Source: an uncultured delta proteobacterium (lineage in GTDB: Bacteria > Myxococcota_A > Polyangia > Fen-1088). From it: a stretch of DNA of 64,000 bases. Shown here piece by piece: positions 28,757 through 38,722 of this stretch. Made by a program: the position numbers and the translations under genes. The DNA is taken from NCBI GenBank assembly GCA_963737265.1, contig CAVTRY010000013.1, forward strand, positions 480,001-544,000, written 5' to 3'. Within the stretch, counting starts at the first letter, position 1, and each line of letters starts with the position of its first letter. The notes under the pieces are model-generated. The model was not told the origin of the DNA and searched no databases. It was given only the letters and a program-made list of their open reading frames with translations.

Positions 28757-29452
28757 GTGCGTGCGACGATTCGTCTCCTAGGCAGAGCAGTCCTTGTGTT
28801 CGTGGTCGTGGTTGGTGCCTTGTCGCGACCGGCGGCGGCGGCGGCGGAGTCGGTGTCGCCGCTCGAACGCAGTATGAACGCCGTGCCTCGCGCGGCAGGC
28901 AGCGAGAAGTACGACGGGGTGGTGCCCGGTCCGAACGCCAAGAATCCCTTGCCATCAGCGCCGGCCAACGGTCCCTATCTGGTGTGGACGGGATTCCAGA
29001 TGACGGCCGCTGGTTCGCGCGTCTTTCTCCAGACGACCCAGTCCGTACAGGTTGACGTCAACGACGGGCGCGCGACGAAATCGGGAAAATCTACCCTGCA
29101 GATCACGTTACGCGGCTGTCGAATTCACATGGCCAACAACCGGCGCAAGATCGACACCCGCTACTTCGCTACGCCTGTGTCCAATGTCTCAGCGCGCCAG
29201 AAGCGCGGCGACGTCGAGGTTCGCATAGGTCTGCGCGAGGCCGTGAGCGTCGTTCCCCGCAACGAGGCGGGGCCTGATGGCAGCCAATTCCTCGTGTTGG
29301 ATTTTCCACCCGGGAAAGCCATGCCCGAGCCGGCTTCCGCGCGCGATGTGGCCGCGGGTCAAGGGGATTCGGATTTCACCCGAGATCAAGACTCGCATGC
29401 CGATGGTCTTCCGCGGAAAGGCAAGAAGAGCGCGTCGAAGGCTGCTCGGTAG
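28757..29452 (+). CDS. Exported AMIN-like domain protein
   Basis: Signal peptide; SRVFLQTT...NNRRKIDTRYFATPVSNVSA...VEVRIGLR...LVLDF beta pattern. Confidence 0.6.
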   Translation: MRATIRLLGRAVLVFVVVVGALSRPAAAAAESVSPLERSMNAVPRAAGSEKYDGVVPGPNAKNPLPSAPANGPYLVWTGFQMTAAGSRVFLQTTQSVQVDVNDGRATKSGKSTLQITLRGCRIHMANNRRKIDTRYFATPVSNVSARQKRGDVEVRIGLREAVSVVPRNEAGPDGSQFLVLDFPPGKAMPEPASARDVAAGQGDSDFTRDQDSHADGLPRKGKKSASKAAR

Positions 29453-29485
29453 CGATTTTCGCAGCGACAAGGAGAGCACAGTCAT

Positions 29486-32134
29486 ATGAAGCGAGCACCG
29501 GAGTTGCGCACGGCTTGCGTGATGCTTGGAACTGTCTTAGGGCTCGTCGGCTGCGGGAGCGGCGACAACCCAGTCTTGCCTGTTTCAGCTCCTCCGCTCG
29601 ATGGCGACATCGGTGGGCGCGGTCTCGCAACCGTTCCGGACGCCGAGGTGCTGACAGCGCCCGAAGCGGGGACGCGGCAGGATGGGGCGGATGCGTCTCG
29701 ACAGAACGACGCTGTGGCGGATGCCGTGCCGGGGACTGATGCGTCCGAAGAACCAACCCAAGGACCTACCATGGTGGTGACAATCCGGAGCCCGCTTGCC
29801 GGTGCTGCCACTCCCGATGGGGGCGACGCCGATGCTCCCGTCGTCGCGAGGGCTGGCCGATTCGCTCCCCAGGTTAGCGTCGAAGTCCAGTCGCAAAGCA
29901 GCGATGCCACCGGCGACGTATTGGCGTCGGTCAAGGCGAGTTTGCTCACGATTTCGACCGGCAGCTCGGTTGCGGGTGCGAGTCTCAACCAAACCCAGTA
30001 CAACATCGTCCCGGAATCCAACACCAAGGTCTATCTCTATGCGGACACGCCGCTCGATCTCAGTGCGGTGCCCGGAGGTTTTTACGACTTGCAGGTTGTC
30101 GCCACTACCGCGGGCGGCAGCTCGGCCAGCGCGACGGTTCGCATTTTCGTGGACGCTGGCCCGGCCATCACCTTTTTGCAGCCCGCGGACGGCGCTTACG
30201 TCAAAGGATCCGTCGTGGTGACGGTGATCGTGGAAGACACGGCGTCGGGAGTAGTGGCGGTGGGCTTCTCCATCGGACAATACAAACTTGCTTCCTCGGC
30301 CATCACCGCCAGCGGCTCGCAGTACACGACCACCATCGATTTTGGTAGTTACAACCCACCGCTCGACGGCGATCAGATCGTCACGGTAAGCGCCACCAAC
30401 GGTCACGGCGTCACCTCGCTCGGCACGCGCAAGTTCACCGTCGACAACGTAGGCCCGACTATTTCTGGCACCCTGCCGGCCACGGGCGACCTCATCGGCA
30501 ACATCATCACCATTGCGGCCAAGGTCGATGACCCGGCCGGCGTCATGGATTCTTCGGTGGTTGCTGTCGTCGCGAACGGCGATATTCAATTCCAAGTGAA
30601 CCTGATCAAGGGCACGGACGGAACCTATCAGCAGCTCTTCGACACCACGCAACTTCCGATCTATGCCATTTTCCCGAGCATTTCTTTCCGCGCGCAGGAC
30701 GTTCTCGGAAATCAATCGTCGGTGGGCTATCTCGTATCGCTCGACAATACACCTCCCCTCATGGACCTCGATCCGCCCAACCACGTCCAACTCATCAAGA
30801 AAGACGGAACTTGCAGTTGGCCGCTCGATCCCGCGGGTCCGGACGCCATCGACGACGGCTCTGTCGTGACCCAGCTTTTCGACATTCGGGCGCGTGTGGA
30901 AGATCGAGGCAATACGCCACTCACGGGCTCCGCCGATTGGGTGCCTATTTCCGAGGTGGATCCCGCCAGCGTGAAGGTCTTGATCCTCGACGACGTTTCG
31001 TTGCCGCTGCTGGTGGACACATCGGATCCGCCGGACGGAATCTGCGACGCCGTCAACCCCGAGCTGGTGCCTTCGACCGATCCCCAGACCTCCAAGGATG
31101 CACAGCTGATCGACATGGTATCCCTGCCCGCCAATAGCGGCGCGGGAGATTTCACGCCCTTGCCGGGAGCGGCCTGCTCGGGCACCGACACCAATCCGCC
31201 AGTGGCGATTTGTGACTCGACCTATAGCGCCGTCAAGAATCAGGACGCGACCTACTGGCTCGGCTACTCCTTCAACCTGAGCCTGCCTTCGATCTGGACC
31301 ATCGCCCCGGTCGTCGGCGACGGGTATCAGTGCGCCGGGCGACAGTTCGACGCCTCCAACAATCTTCACGACGGCTGGGCCTGTGTCGCCGTGGAGGCCA
31401 GCGACAAGCTCGGCAACAAGCAGGTGTCGCGGCCCATTCGTATCTGCGTCGCGGCTCAACCCAACAGCACGGCTTGCACGCCCGCCGCCATGGGGGGAGC
31501 GGAGCTGGCCAGCGTCACGGTGCCGATTTCCTCGGGCCAGGTTCTCATCACGACGAAAACGGCGCTGGTTGGTTCCGGTGGCGCCCCGATCAAGCAAGGC
31601 GACACCCTGGTCTTGCCCAAGGTTGCGCCTGTGGCTCTAGCGGCAATCGACGGAACCCATGTTGTCAATCCCCAAGACGCCAGTGGAATGTCTTTCGCGA
31701 TTGCCGATCTGAATGCAGTTCCGATCGCTCTTTTCTTGGACAACCTGGACGGAAAGCCGCCCACCTTCAAGGGAAGCGTCGGCCTCGTGGCGCAAGCCGG
31801 AGAAGAGATCCAAGTTGTCACCGATTCGACGACGGCGCTGGATCCAAGTTTTGCCGGTAAGGTTATTCTCGGTAGGATCGTTCAATTAAACCGGAGTGGC
31901 CTGCCACCCTCGGGCGAGACGGGATGGGGCGTGAACAGTATTCAATCGACCGGCTTCAGCCTGACCAATTCCGCGGCCAGTTTATCGGGCAGTGTCATTC
32001 CGTCCTCCGCCATTCCAAACTGCACCGGGACCGTCATCAAGCAGGCGGCGGGAGCGCCGGTGAAGGTGGACGCGACGACACCGTGCAAGCCTTGGCGGTC
32101 ATTCGCCCAATATGAATCGGTCGTGCTGAACTGA
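29486..32134 (+). CDS. Large Ig-like repeat, Cys-containing lipoprotein
   Basis: Lipobox LVGC; repeated VDxxPxI Ig boundaries (VDAGPAI, VDNVGPTI, LDNTPP); several Cys in the C-terminal half. Confidence 0.75.
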   Translation: MKRAPELRTACVMLGTVLGLVGCGSGDNPVLPVSAPPLDGDIGGRGLATVPDAEVLTAPEAGTRQDGADASRQNDAVADAVPGTDASEEPTQGPTMVVTIRSPLAGAATPDGGDADAPVVARAGRFAPQVSVEVQSQSSDATGDVLASVKASLLTISTGSSVAGASLNQTQYNIVPESNTKVYLYADTPLDLSAVPGGFYDLQVVATTAGGSSASATVRIFVDAGPAITFLQPADGAYVKGSVVVTVIVEDTASGVVAVGFSIGQYKLASSAITASGSQYTTTIDFGSYNPPLDGDQIVTVSATNGHGVTSLGTRKFTVDNVGPTISGTLPATGDLIGNIITIAAKVDDPAGVMDSSVVAVVANGDIQFQVNLIKGTDGTYQQLFDTTQLPIYAIFPSISFRAQDVLGNQSSVGYLVSLDNTPPLMDLDPPNHVQLIKKDGTCSWPLDPAGPDAIDDGSVVTQLFDIRARVEDRGNTPLTGSADWVPISEVDPASVKVLILDDVSLPLLVDTSDPPDGICDAVNPELVPSTDPQTSKDAQLIDMVSLPANSGAGDFTPLPGAACSGTDTNPPVAICDSTYSAVKNQDATYWLGYSFNLSLPSIWTIAPVVGDGYQCAGRQFDASNNLHDGWACVAVEASDKLGNKQVSRPIRICVAAQPNSTACTPAAMGGAELASVTVPISSGQVLITTKTALVGSGGAPIKQGDTLVLPKVAPVALAAIDGTHVVNPQDASGMSFAIADLNAVPIALFLDNLDGKPPTFKGSVGLVAQAGEEIQVVTDSTTALDPSFAGKVILGRIVQLNRSGLPPSGETGWGVNSIQSTGFSLTNSAASLSGSVIPSSAIPNCTGTVIKQAAGAPVKVDATTPCKPWRSFAQYESVVLN

Positions 32135-32161
32135 CGTGCCACGCGGCCGCGGGCTGCTTGT

Positions 32162-35100
32162 CTACCAGGACTTGATATCGAGCCCGCGTGCCATGCGCTC
32201 GCGAGCCCGGGTGGTTGGTTTGCCGTACCAGGCGGTCTTGGCGGCGGGCGCGGCTTCTAGCTCAAAGGGAATGAAGAGCAACTTGAGGAAGCGATTCCTG
32301 CCGATGCGCTCCCATCCCACCAGGCCGAGGAGGGCTTCCCACATGTAGTCGCCTTGGCGCTTAACCTCCGATTCCCAGAATGGGAACACGAAAAGGTGTG
32401 ACGTGCCTGCTTCGGCACCCAAGCCTTTGCGATAGTAGATGTTGGGAAAGACATAGCTTGCGTCGAACCCCGGTCGCCTCACGCCCACATAGAATGGGAA
32501 GACGACAGTCGTGCTGCGCTCTGCGCTCCAGAAACGCCAGAGCAGCGGGAAGCCGATGGTTGTGCTGTCCGCGGCGCCGGCGCGGCGGAAGAACAGCGGC
32601 GCGACCGTGTAGGCTTGGCCGCTGCTGTCGCTGCGGTAGCGAAAGAAGAAGGGCAACGCCAGGGTGAATCGGCTCTGGTGATAGGAATGGAAGTCGTAGA
32701 CGAGGGGAAATCCGACGGTGCTGGACGACGTGATGTCGCTGCGTCGCCAAAACAGGAGGAGCCACGTGCTGAGCGACTTGTCCGGGCTCGTTCTCGAATA
32801 ATGCAGCAGGGGAGGGATGACGAGCGTGTGCGCCTCGGCAATCTTGTCGCGATGGTGGAACCAGACCGGAAAGAACATGTTGAAGCTGCTCTTCCCGGTG
32901 TCGCGCCAAAAGAAGTTACCGGCGTACCACCAATGGCTGTCCGGCGAGCGATGGATGCCGAATGGCAGCGTCAGCAGCGTCAGCGACTGCGGCGCGTGGC
33001 GCTCGTAAAACAGCGGCATCAGGGCATTGCTTGCCGATGCCTTCTCGGGGTCGCGCGAATACCAAGCCAAGGGCAGAAGACCGCGCGTGCGCTCATTCTC
33101 ATGGCGCGCCCAATAGAGTGGGCCGAGCAACGTCCATGAGGTTTGCGCGCGCCAGTCGGCGAAATGCCACAGCAGGGGAAAGCCAATGGCGGTGCTCTTG
33201 TTCTCGCTGCGCGACTGCCACCACAGGGGAAAGACCAAACGGAACAGATCGTCGCGGTGCTCAGACTGGTAGTAGAGCCAGGAGACGATCCTGCGTGTCT
33301 CGCTCGCGTGATTCGTGTGCGCGACGAAGAGCGGCGTGATGAACAGGCTACGCTTGGAATCCTGCGACGAGAGGTAGAACGGCATGAAGCCGGAGGATGT
33401 ACCTGTGGGAGAATGGTGCGTGAAATACGGCCCGACCACCGTGGTGTGAGAGGTCGGCGACTGTGAAAGCCACAGCAAGGGGAAGAAAGTGTCGAGCCCG
33501 TAACCGTCGCTGGTCTGACGGCGGAAATAGGTCGGGAAGACGTAGATTCCGGTTTCCTTGGCGTTCTCGTAGTGCGCCCAGAAGGGAAACAGCAGCCGCG
33601 ACCGGTGCTCGGCCCCGTCGAGCGCCAGGTAGGGGCCCCACATGCGCGTGCGCTCGCCGGTGTCGAGTTGGGTGTGGTCCAAGTAGAGAAGAGGTACGCC
33701 ACGCACGGCGACCGTGGCGTTGCGATACCAAAAGTAGGGGCCGACGAAACCGGCTTGCTTCTCCGGCGTCCGCGTCCAAGCAGCTAGCAGCGACGCAAAG
33801 AGCGTTCCGCGCGTATCCTTGCGGTAGTGAAAGAACGGGAAGAGGGTTAGGCTGGTCTCGTCGTTTGCGCCTGGTTTCGCTCCACGGCGGTAGTGAAAAA
33901 GCGGAAAAAAGGCGTCGGTGGTCTCGTTGCCGTGCCGTCGGTGCAAGTAGTTCGCGACTACCGTGGTGGTGCGGTCGCGGGCATCGTCGCGGAACCACCA
34001 AAACAAGGGAAACAGGGCGAAATGGCGTTGGGCACCACCGGCACCCCAAAATACGAGAGGCGCGATGCCAGCGTCGTAGCACTGGCCGTCGTGGTGTCGA
34101 AAATAGAACAGCGACAGCGTGGTCGACGTTCCGCTTCGTGCGTGCGTGAAATTCCAGTAAAAGGGAAACTGGATGCGGTAGCTATTCTCGTGGTCGCTGC
34201 TCGAGAAGTAGAGCGCGGGGAAGACGAAGGTCGTCGACGATGCCCTGTCTGACGAGGCATAAAACAGCGGAAAAAGCAGGGTCGAAGCGGCGTCGGCTTT
34301 TCGGAAACGCCAAAACAGGGGAAATACGACGGCGTGGCTCTTTTCGCCCCGGCTGCCGAAGAAGGCGAAGGGAAACAGGCCGGCGCTAAAGCCACCTTGG
34401 GTGAAGCTTCGGTAGTAGCCCCACAGCGGAAAAACTCCACCGGCGGTCAGCTTCTCGTCGGGTGAATTGCGCCGAAAATAGAAGGGCAGAACCGAATGCG
34501 CCGTGGCGCCCGTGGTGGAATCACGGAAATACCAGACCAAGGGAAAGAGGACGCGGGTTGCGCCCGCGGGATCGTCGCGGTGGTAGTAGGGCCCGATGAT
34601 TGTCGTACGACCGTCGCTCGGAATGTCGTGGTGGTGGTAGAAGATGATGTCGAGGTCGAGCTCGCCGTTCTTGTCACGCCAGTGGAGAATGGGCGGCACC
34701 AGCATGGTCAAGTAGTGCGCGCCGACGTGGTCGTCGCGCCGGTAGGTGCCGACGGGCCAAAGATGAAAGGCCGTGGCGCCGTGAGCCCCACTGTGGCGAA
34801 AATAGAACGGCAGGATGAGCTGCCAGCTCGAACCGGCCTTCTTGTCGCTCGCCCACCAGCCGAGCAGCGCGAAGGTTCCTAGCGACGAACCGCCACTGCG
34901 GAAATGAAACAGCGGCGGCAGGATGGTGGTATTGGACCCGGGTGAACGGAAGCTCCACAGAATAGGAAAAAGGACATCGTAGCTCGATGCCTGCGAGCGC
35001 CCGTACCAGTAGAGCCACAAAAAGGATCCCGTGGTGGCCTTATTTTCCACCGACGAGTACCCGAGCAGCGATGCGAAATTGCCGCCCTTGGGGTTGCTGT

Positions 35101-35941
35101 TGCGATAGAAGAATGGAATCGAAAGCAGGTTTTTGTCGTCGCCGCTTCTCCAATAGAAGTTGAGTGGCACGATGTAGGTGAAAGCCGACTCCTTGGACCG
35201 CGACGAGATGGCGAGTGGGAAGACGAGGTCAAACTTCGACGCCGGCGTGCTTCGCCAGAAGTAGAGAAGGAACCACATGCCGAGCGCGCTGCCGCGATCC
35301 GGATCGCCGATCCTGAACGACAGAAGTGGCGGCGCCGCCCAGCCGAATTTCGTCGACAGGTAGAAAAACGGCCACACCGCCCACGACCGCGCATCACGCT
35401 GCGCGGTGTGGACGTACGGCGGAATCACCAGCACCACGCGCTGTTTAAGATAGTCCTCCACGCGCCAGTAAAAGGGCGCGGCGATTTGCGTGTGCGCCTC
35501 GGGACTCCAGAAATGGAAATAGAGCGGCGCCAGCACCCGATAGCCAGGGTTACCCCTGCGCGACCAGTAGAAAGGCATGAAGGCCGTGCTGCGGCCCTCT
35601 TTGCGGTAAAGGAGAATATCGGTGCTGCGGTCGAACGCCTGACAGCTGCCGCCGTCGCAGATGGTGTCGATGGGACACTGCTCGTCGCGCTCGCAGGTCT
35701 GGGCGGCCTTGGCCGCGACCGGCGGTTTTTCGAGGGCGGCTGCCGGCGCTGCCTCGGCTTGCGCCGAGCGGAAGGGCAAGAGCAGCGCCTTCGCGGTCTG
35801 CGCGCTCTCCTCGGTTTTCACACCCCTGGGCGCGAACGGGTCCAGGCCCGGCGTCGCGCTGGCCGTTGACGGCGCAAACGAATTCGCCGCGAACCCGAGG
35901 GTGGCAGCCAGAAGAAGACGGTGAGACTGAGTTTTTTTCAT
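32162..35941 (-). CDS. Exported aromatic-rich repeat protein (1259 aa) with N-terminal Cys module
   Basis: Signal peptide; CERDEQCPIDTICDGGSC; then dozens of ~16-18 aa units centred on (F/L)P(L/F)(F/Y)(W/Y). Confidence 0.85.
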   Translation of the reverse strand: MKKTQSHRLLLAATLGFAANSFAPSTASATPGLDPFAPRGVKTEESAQTAKALLLPFRSAQAEAAPAAALEKPPVAAKAAQTCERDEQCPIDTICDGGSCQAFDRSTDILLYRKEGRSTAFMPFYWSRRGNPGYRVLAPLYFHFWSPEAHTQIAAPFYWRVEDYLKQRVVLVIPPYVHTAQRDARSWAVWPFFYLSTKFGWAAPPLLSFRIGDPDRGSALGMWFLLYFWRSTPASKFDLVFPLAISSRSKESAFTYIVPLNFYWRSGDDKNLLSIPFFYRNSNPKGGNFASLLGYSSVENKATTGSFLWLYWYGRSQASSYDVLFPILWSFRSPGSNTTILPPLFHFRSGGSSLGTFALLGWWASDKKAGSSWQLILPFYFRHSGAHGATAFHLWPVGTYRRDDHVGAHYLTMLVPPILHWRDKNGELDLDIIFYHHHDIPSDGRTTIIGPYYHRDDPAGATRVLFPLVWYFRDSTTGATAHSVLPFYFRRNSPDEKLTAGGVFPLWGYYRSFTQGGFSAGLFPFAFFGSRGEKSHAVVFPLFWRFRKADAASTLLFPLFYASSDRASSTTFVFPALYFSSSDHENSYRIQFPFYWNFTHARSGTSTTLSLFYFRHHDGQCYDAGIAPLVFWGAGGAQRHFALFPLFWWFRDDARDRTTTVVANYLHRRHGNETTDAFFPLFHYRRGAKPGANDETSLTLFPFFHYRKDTRGTLFASLLAAWTRTPEKQAGFVGPYFWYRNATVAVRGVPLLYLDHTQLDTGERTRMWGPYLALDGAEHRSRLLFPFWAHYENAKETGIYVFPTYFRRQTSDGYGLDTFFPLLWLSQSPTSHTTVVGPYFTHHSPTGTSSGFMPFYLSSQDSKRSLFITPLFVAHTNHASETRRIVSWLYYQSEHRDDLFRLVFPLWWQSRSENKSTAIGFPLLWHFADWRAQTSWTLLGPLYWARHENERTRGLLPLAWYSRDPEKASASNALMPLFYERHAPQSLTLLTLPFGIHRSPDSHWWYAGNFFWRDTGKSSFNMFFPVWFHHRDKIAEAHTLVIPPLLHYSRTSPDKSLSTWLLLFWRRSDITSSSTVGFPLVYDFHSYHQSRFTLALPFFFRYRSDSSGQAYTVAPLFFRRAGAADSTTIGFPLLWRFWSAERSTTVVFPFYVGVRRPGFDASYVFPNIYYRKGLGAEAGTSHLFVFPFWESEVKRQGDYMWEALLGLVGWERIGRNRFLKLLFIPFELEAAPAAKTAWYGKPTTRARERMARGLDIKSW

Positions 35942-35975
35942 CCGTGCGCGGGACCGGTAAGATGGGCGAGCCCGA

Positions 35976-36542
35976 TCACTGCGGCGGAAGCATCTTCCAT
36001 TCGTTGTTCTCGCGCACGAAGGGGATGTCGACGGTTTCCGACTCGTCCCCCTTTTGCCGGGTAACCTTCAAGGTGGCGTTGTCGCCTTTGATGGACGAGC
36101 CCTTGAGGTTGAACTTCGTGCCGTCGACTTCTTTTTGCATCTTCTTGAGACCGTCGTTCGCTTGGCCAAACTGCATGGCGAGCATGCCCTGAAACATCAG
36201 GGCGTAGGTGTCGATGACCTTTTCCAGGTTCCCCTCGGTCAGGGCCTTGCGCCAGCGCTCGAAGGTCTTTTCCGGGGTTGAAAACTCGGGCCGGGGCGCG
36301 GGCAGTTGAAAGGTAATGCTCCGGATCTTTTCCTTGGGCACCTTGACCGTCGAGCCCTGCGCTTCGACCGAGTAAACGCCGTCATAGTAGTGGACGATCT
36401 TGGCGTTCATCTTGGTCTTGTCGACGAGCTCGATGACCTCCGCGCGCGCCGGGTGGGCGGCCGCAAGGACGGTTACGCTGGCCAGGCCGGCAAGGAGATA
36501 GGTGTGAAGGACTCGTGCGGTGGAACAACCGGAAGTGATCAT
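35976..36542 (-). CDS. Exported hypothetical protein (small beta domain plus NTF2-like domain)
   Basis: Signal peptide ending ARA; STPEKTFERWRKAL...IPFVRENNEWKM resembles an NTF2-like fold; lies between glyA and the repeat protein. Confidence 0.7.
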   Translation of the reverse strand: MITSGCSTARVLHTYLLAGLASVTVLAAAHPARAEVIELVDKTKMNAKIVHYYDGVYSVEAQGSTVKVPKEKIRSITFQLPAPRPEFSTPEKTFERWRKALTEGNLEKVIDTYALMFQGMLAMQFGQANDGLKKMQKEVDGTKFNLKGSSIKGDNATLKVTRQKGDESETVDIPFVRENNEWKMLPPQ

Positions 36543-36548
36543 TGGGGC

Positions 36549-37805
36549 CTACTTGAGAAGAATGCCAGGGGCTGGGAAACGGCGTGTGACGGCGAGAACC
36601 TCGGCCAGAACCTTGGCCGCGGTCTCGTCGTCGGGCGAGCTGACCACGCGATCGATCCAGGCCGCGATTTGTTTCATTTCGGCCTCGCCCATGCCGCGGC
36701 TGGTGACCGACGGCGTTCCCAGGCGAATGCCTGATGGATCGAACGGCTTGCGCGTGTCGTAGGGCACCGAGTTGTAGTTGAGCTCGAGGCCGGCCTTGTC
36801 GAGGGCCTTGGCGGCGACCTTGCCCGGCACGTTCTTGTTTGTCAGATCGACCAGGATGAGGTGGTTGTCGGTGCCACCGGAGACGACGTGAAAGCCGCGC
36901 GCCATGAGCTCGGCCGCCAGCACCTTGGCGTTGGCGACGACGCTGTGGGCATACTCCTTGAAGGCTGGCTGCGCGGCTTCATTGAGCGCGACCGCCAGCG
37001 CCGCGGTGTTGTGATCGTGCGGGCCGCCTTGCAGGCCGGGAAACACGGCCTTGTCGATGGGCGCCGCATAGGGCTGCTTGCACAGAATCATGCCGCCGCG
37101 CGGGCCGCGCAAGGTCTTGTGCGTGGTGGTGCTGACCACGTCCGCATAGGGGATCGGCGTCGGGTGGGCGCCGCCCGCGACCAGGCCCGCGATGTGGGCC
37201 ATGTCCACGGCGAAGCGCGCGCCGACCTCGCGGGCGATGTCGGCGAAAGCGGCGAAGTCCCAAAGCCGCGAGTACGCCGTTCCGCCCGCCCACAACAACA
37301 GCGGGCGTTCGCGGCGGGCCAGATCGCGGACCTCGTCCATGTCGATGAGGCCGGTATCCTTGCGTACGCCGTACTGCACCGACTGGAAGAACTTTCCGGT
37401 GATGGAAACGTTCCAGCCGTGGGTAAGGTGCCCGCCCATGGGCAGGGCCAGCCCCATGACCTTGTCGCCCGGCTTGAGAAAGGCCAAATACACCGCAAGA
37501 TTGGCGGGCGAGCCGGAGTAGGGTTGCACGTTGGCGTGCTCGGCGCCAAAGAGAGCGCAAGCGCGCTCCTGGGCCAGCGACTCCAAAGGATCGACGTTCT
37601 GCTGCCCTTCGTAGTAGCGCTTCTGGGCGTAGCCTTCGCTGTACTTGTTGGTAAAAACCGACCCGGACGCCTCAAGCACCGCGCGCGAGACGTAGTTTTC
37701 CGACGGGATCAGGCGGATCTTCTCCGACTGGCGGCGTTCTTCCGCGCGCACCAGCTCGTAGACCCTAGGATCGGAAACTGACAGCGTTTCATCGGCAACC
37801 TTCAT
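36549..37805 (-). CDS. glyA: Serine hydroxymethyltransferase
   Basis: LIPSENY, NKYSEGY, NVQPYSGS, GGHLTHG, DMAHIAG, TTTHKTLRGPRGG, SGIRLGT. Confidence 0.97.
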   Translation of the reverse strand: MKVADETLSVSDPRVYELVRAEERRQSEKIRLIPSENYVSRAVLEASGSVFTNKYSEGYAQKRYYEGQQNVDPLESLAQERACALFGAEHANVQPYSGSPANLAVYLAFLKPGDKVMGLALPMGGHLTHGWNVSITGKFFQSVQYGVRKDTGLIDMDEVRDLARRERPLLLWAGGTAYSRLWDFAAFADIAREVGARFAVDMAHIAGLVAGGAHPTPIPYADVVSTTTHKTLRGPRGGMILCKQPYAAPIDKAVFPGLQGGPHDHNTAALAVALNEAAQPAFKEYAHSVVANAKVLAAELMARGFHVVSGGTDNHLILVDLTNKNVPGKVAAKALDKAGLELNYNSVPYDTRKPFDPSGIRLGTPSVTSRGMGEAEMKQIAAWIDRVVSSPDDETAAKVLAEVLAVTRRFPAPGILLK

Positions 37806-37920
37806 GGGGCCGCAAGCTAGACTGCCAAGGGGGCATAGTCAACGCGCACTCGAAGCAACTTTTTTCTGGTCGGACCGAGAAGGTACTCGTTCCTTCAACC
37901 CTCAATCAGGAGAACCGACC

Positions 37921-38439
37921 ATGAAGCTCAGTCCCAATTTCTTCCGTTCCACGCGTCTTTCGACCCTGCTCGCCCTCTCTTCGCTGGCCCTGGTGGCGAG
38001 CCCCGGCTGTGACGGGAACCAGGCGAGCCAGGTGGAGGGCGGCAAGATCCTGCTCTCCTTGCCCACTATCCCGGAAAATGTGAATTGCGTTCGCGTCACC
38101 GTGACCGGCGCGTTCCGGGACGTGGTGAGCGACTTCGACGTTGTGCCGGGTGACAGTCTCAGCCAGGCATTCAGTGGGCTGCCCGTCGGCTCCGTCGTGT
38201 TTTCCGCCGATGCGTATGCCTCGGCGTGCACGAGCGTGACCAAGTCGACGATTCCCATGTGGATCAGCGAGGACGAGACCGTCAACGTCGTGCAAGGACG
38301 CAGCTCCAGCGTGACGCTAACCCTTTACAAGAACGGCCGGGCCAAAGTCACGGTCGAGTTCGCCGACCAGGAAGATGGCGGCACGAAGAGTGGGTCTACC
38401 GGCGGTTCCGCCGATGGTGGAACCGCCGGTCGCGGCTAA
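37921..38439 (+). CDS. Hypothetical lipoprotein
   Basis: RBS AGGAG, signal peptide with SPGC lipobox-like motif, beta-rich body. Confidence 0.7.
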   Translation: MKLSPNFFRSTRLSTLLALSSLALVASPGCDGNQASQVEGGKILLSLPTIPENVNCVRVTVTGAFRDVVSDFDVVPGDSLSQAFSGLPVGSVVFSADAYASACTSVTKSTIPMWISEDETVNVVQGRSSSVTLTLYKNGRAKVTVEFADQEDGGTKSGSTGGSADGGTAGRG

Positions 38440-38451
38440 GGCACAATCGCG

Positions 38452-38487
38452 AGGGGCGGGCGCGGACAAGATCCTCCCGCCCCTTTT
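38452..38487 (+). terminator. Intrinsic terminator after the lipoprotein gene
   Basis: AGGGGCGGG...CCCGCCCCT stem followed by a short T run. Confidence 0.65.
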
Positions 38488-38653
38488 ACCGTAATCCCGC
38501 GATCGGCGCAGAAGGTCGTGGCCGTGGCCGGAGTGATCCACGGCCACGCCGACGACGACGCTTACGACTGCCATGGGTGGCGCGTCCCTCCTGGAAAGGC
38601 GCCCTTTTCTGCCGCCTTCCGCGACGTCGCTGCGCTTGTCGCGGGATTACTGT
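38488..38653. other. Self-complementary ~165-bp intergenic element (candidate sRNA or MITE-like)
   Basis: Terminal inverted repeat GTAATCCCGCGA/TCGCGGGATTAC; internal perfect 11-bp hairpin CGTGGCCGTGG/CCACGGCCACG; TTTT on both flanks. Confidence 0.45.
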
Positions 38654-38722
38654 TTTTCAGGATCCATCGACGCGGCAATCGCGCGATGATAGGTTGATGT
38701 CAGGAGTGCGCCAGCGGTAAGC

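Noticed and set aside
29585-31597. 670-aa antisense ORF
   Set aside because: Shadow of the large lipoprotein gene, with no recognisable motifs.
38317-38574. 85-aa minus ORF with AGGAGG upstream, possible type I toxin
   Set aside because: The hydrophobic stretch is too short, SD spacing is long (12 nt) and it runs antisense into the lipoprotein gene; kept only as an alternative reading of the 38.5 kb element.
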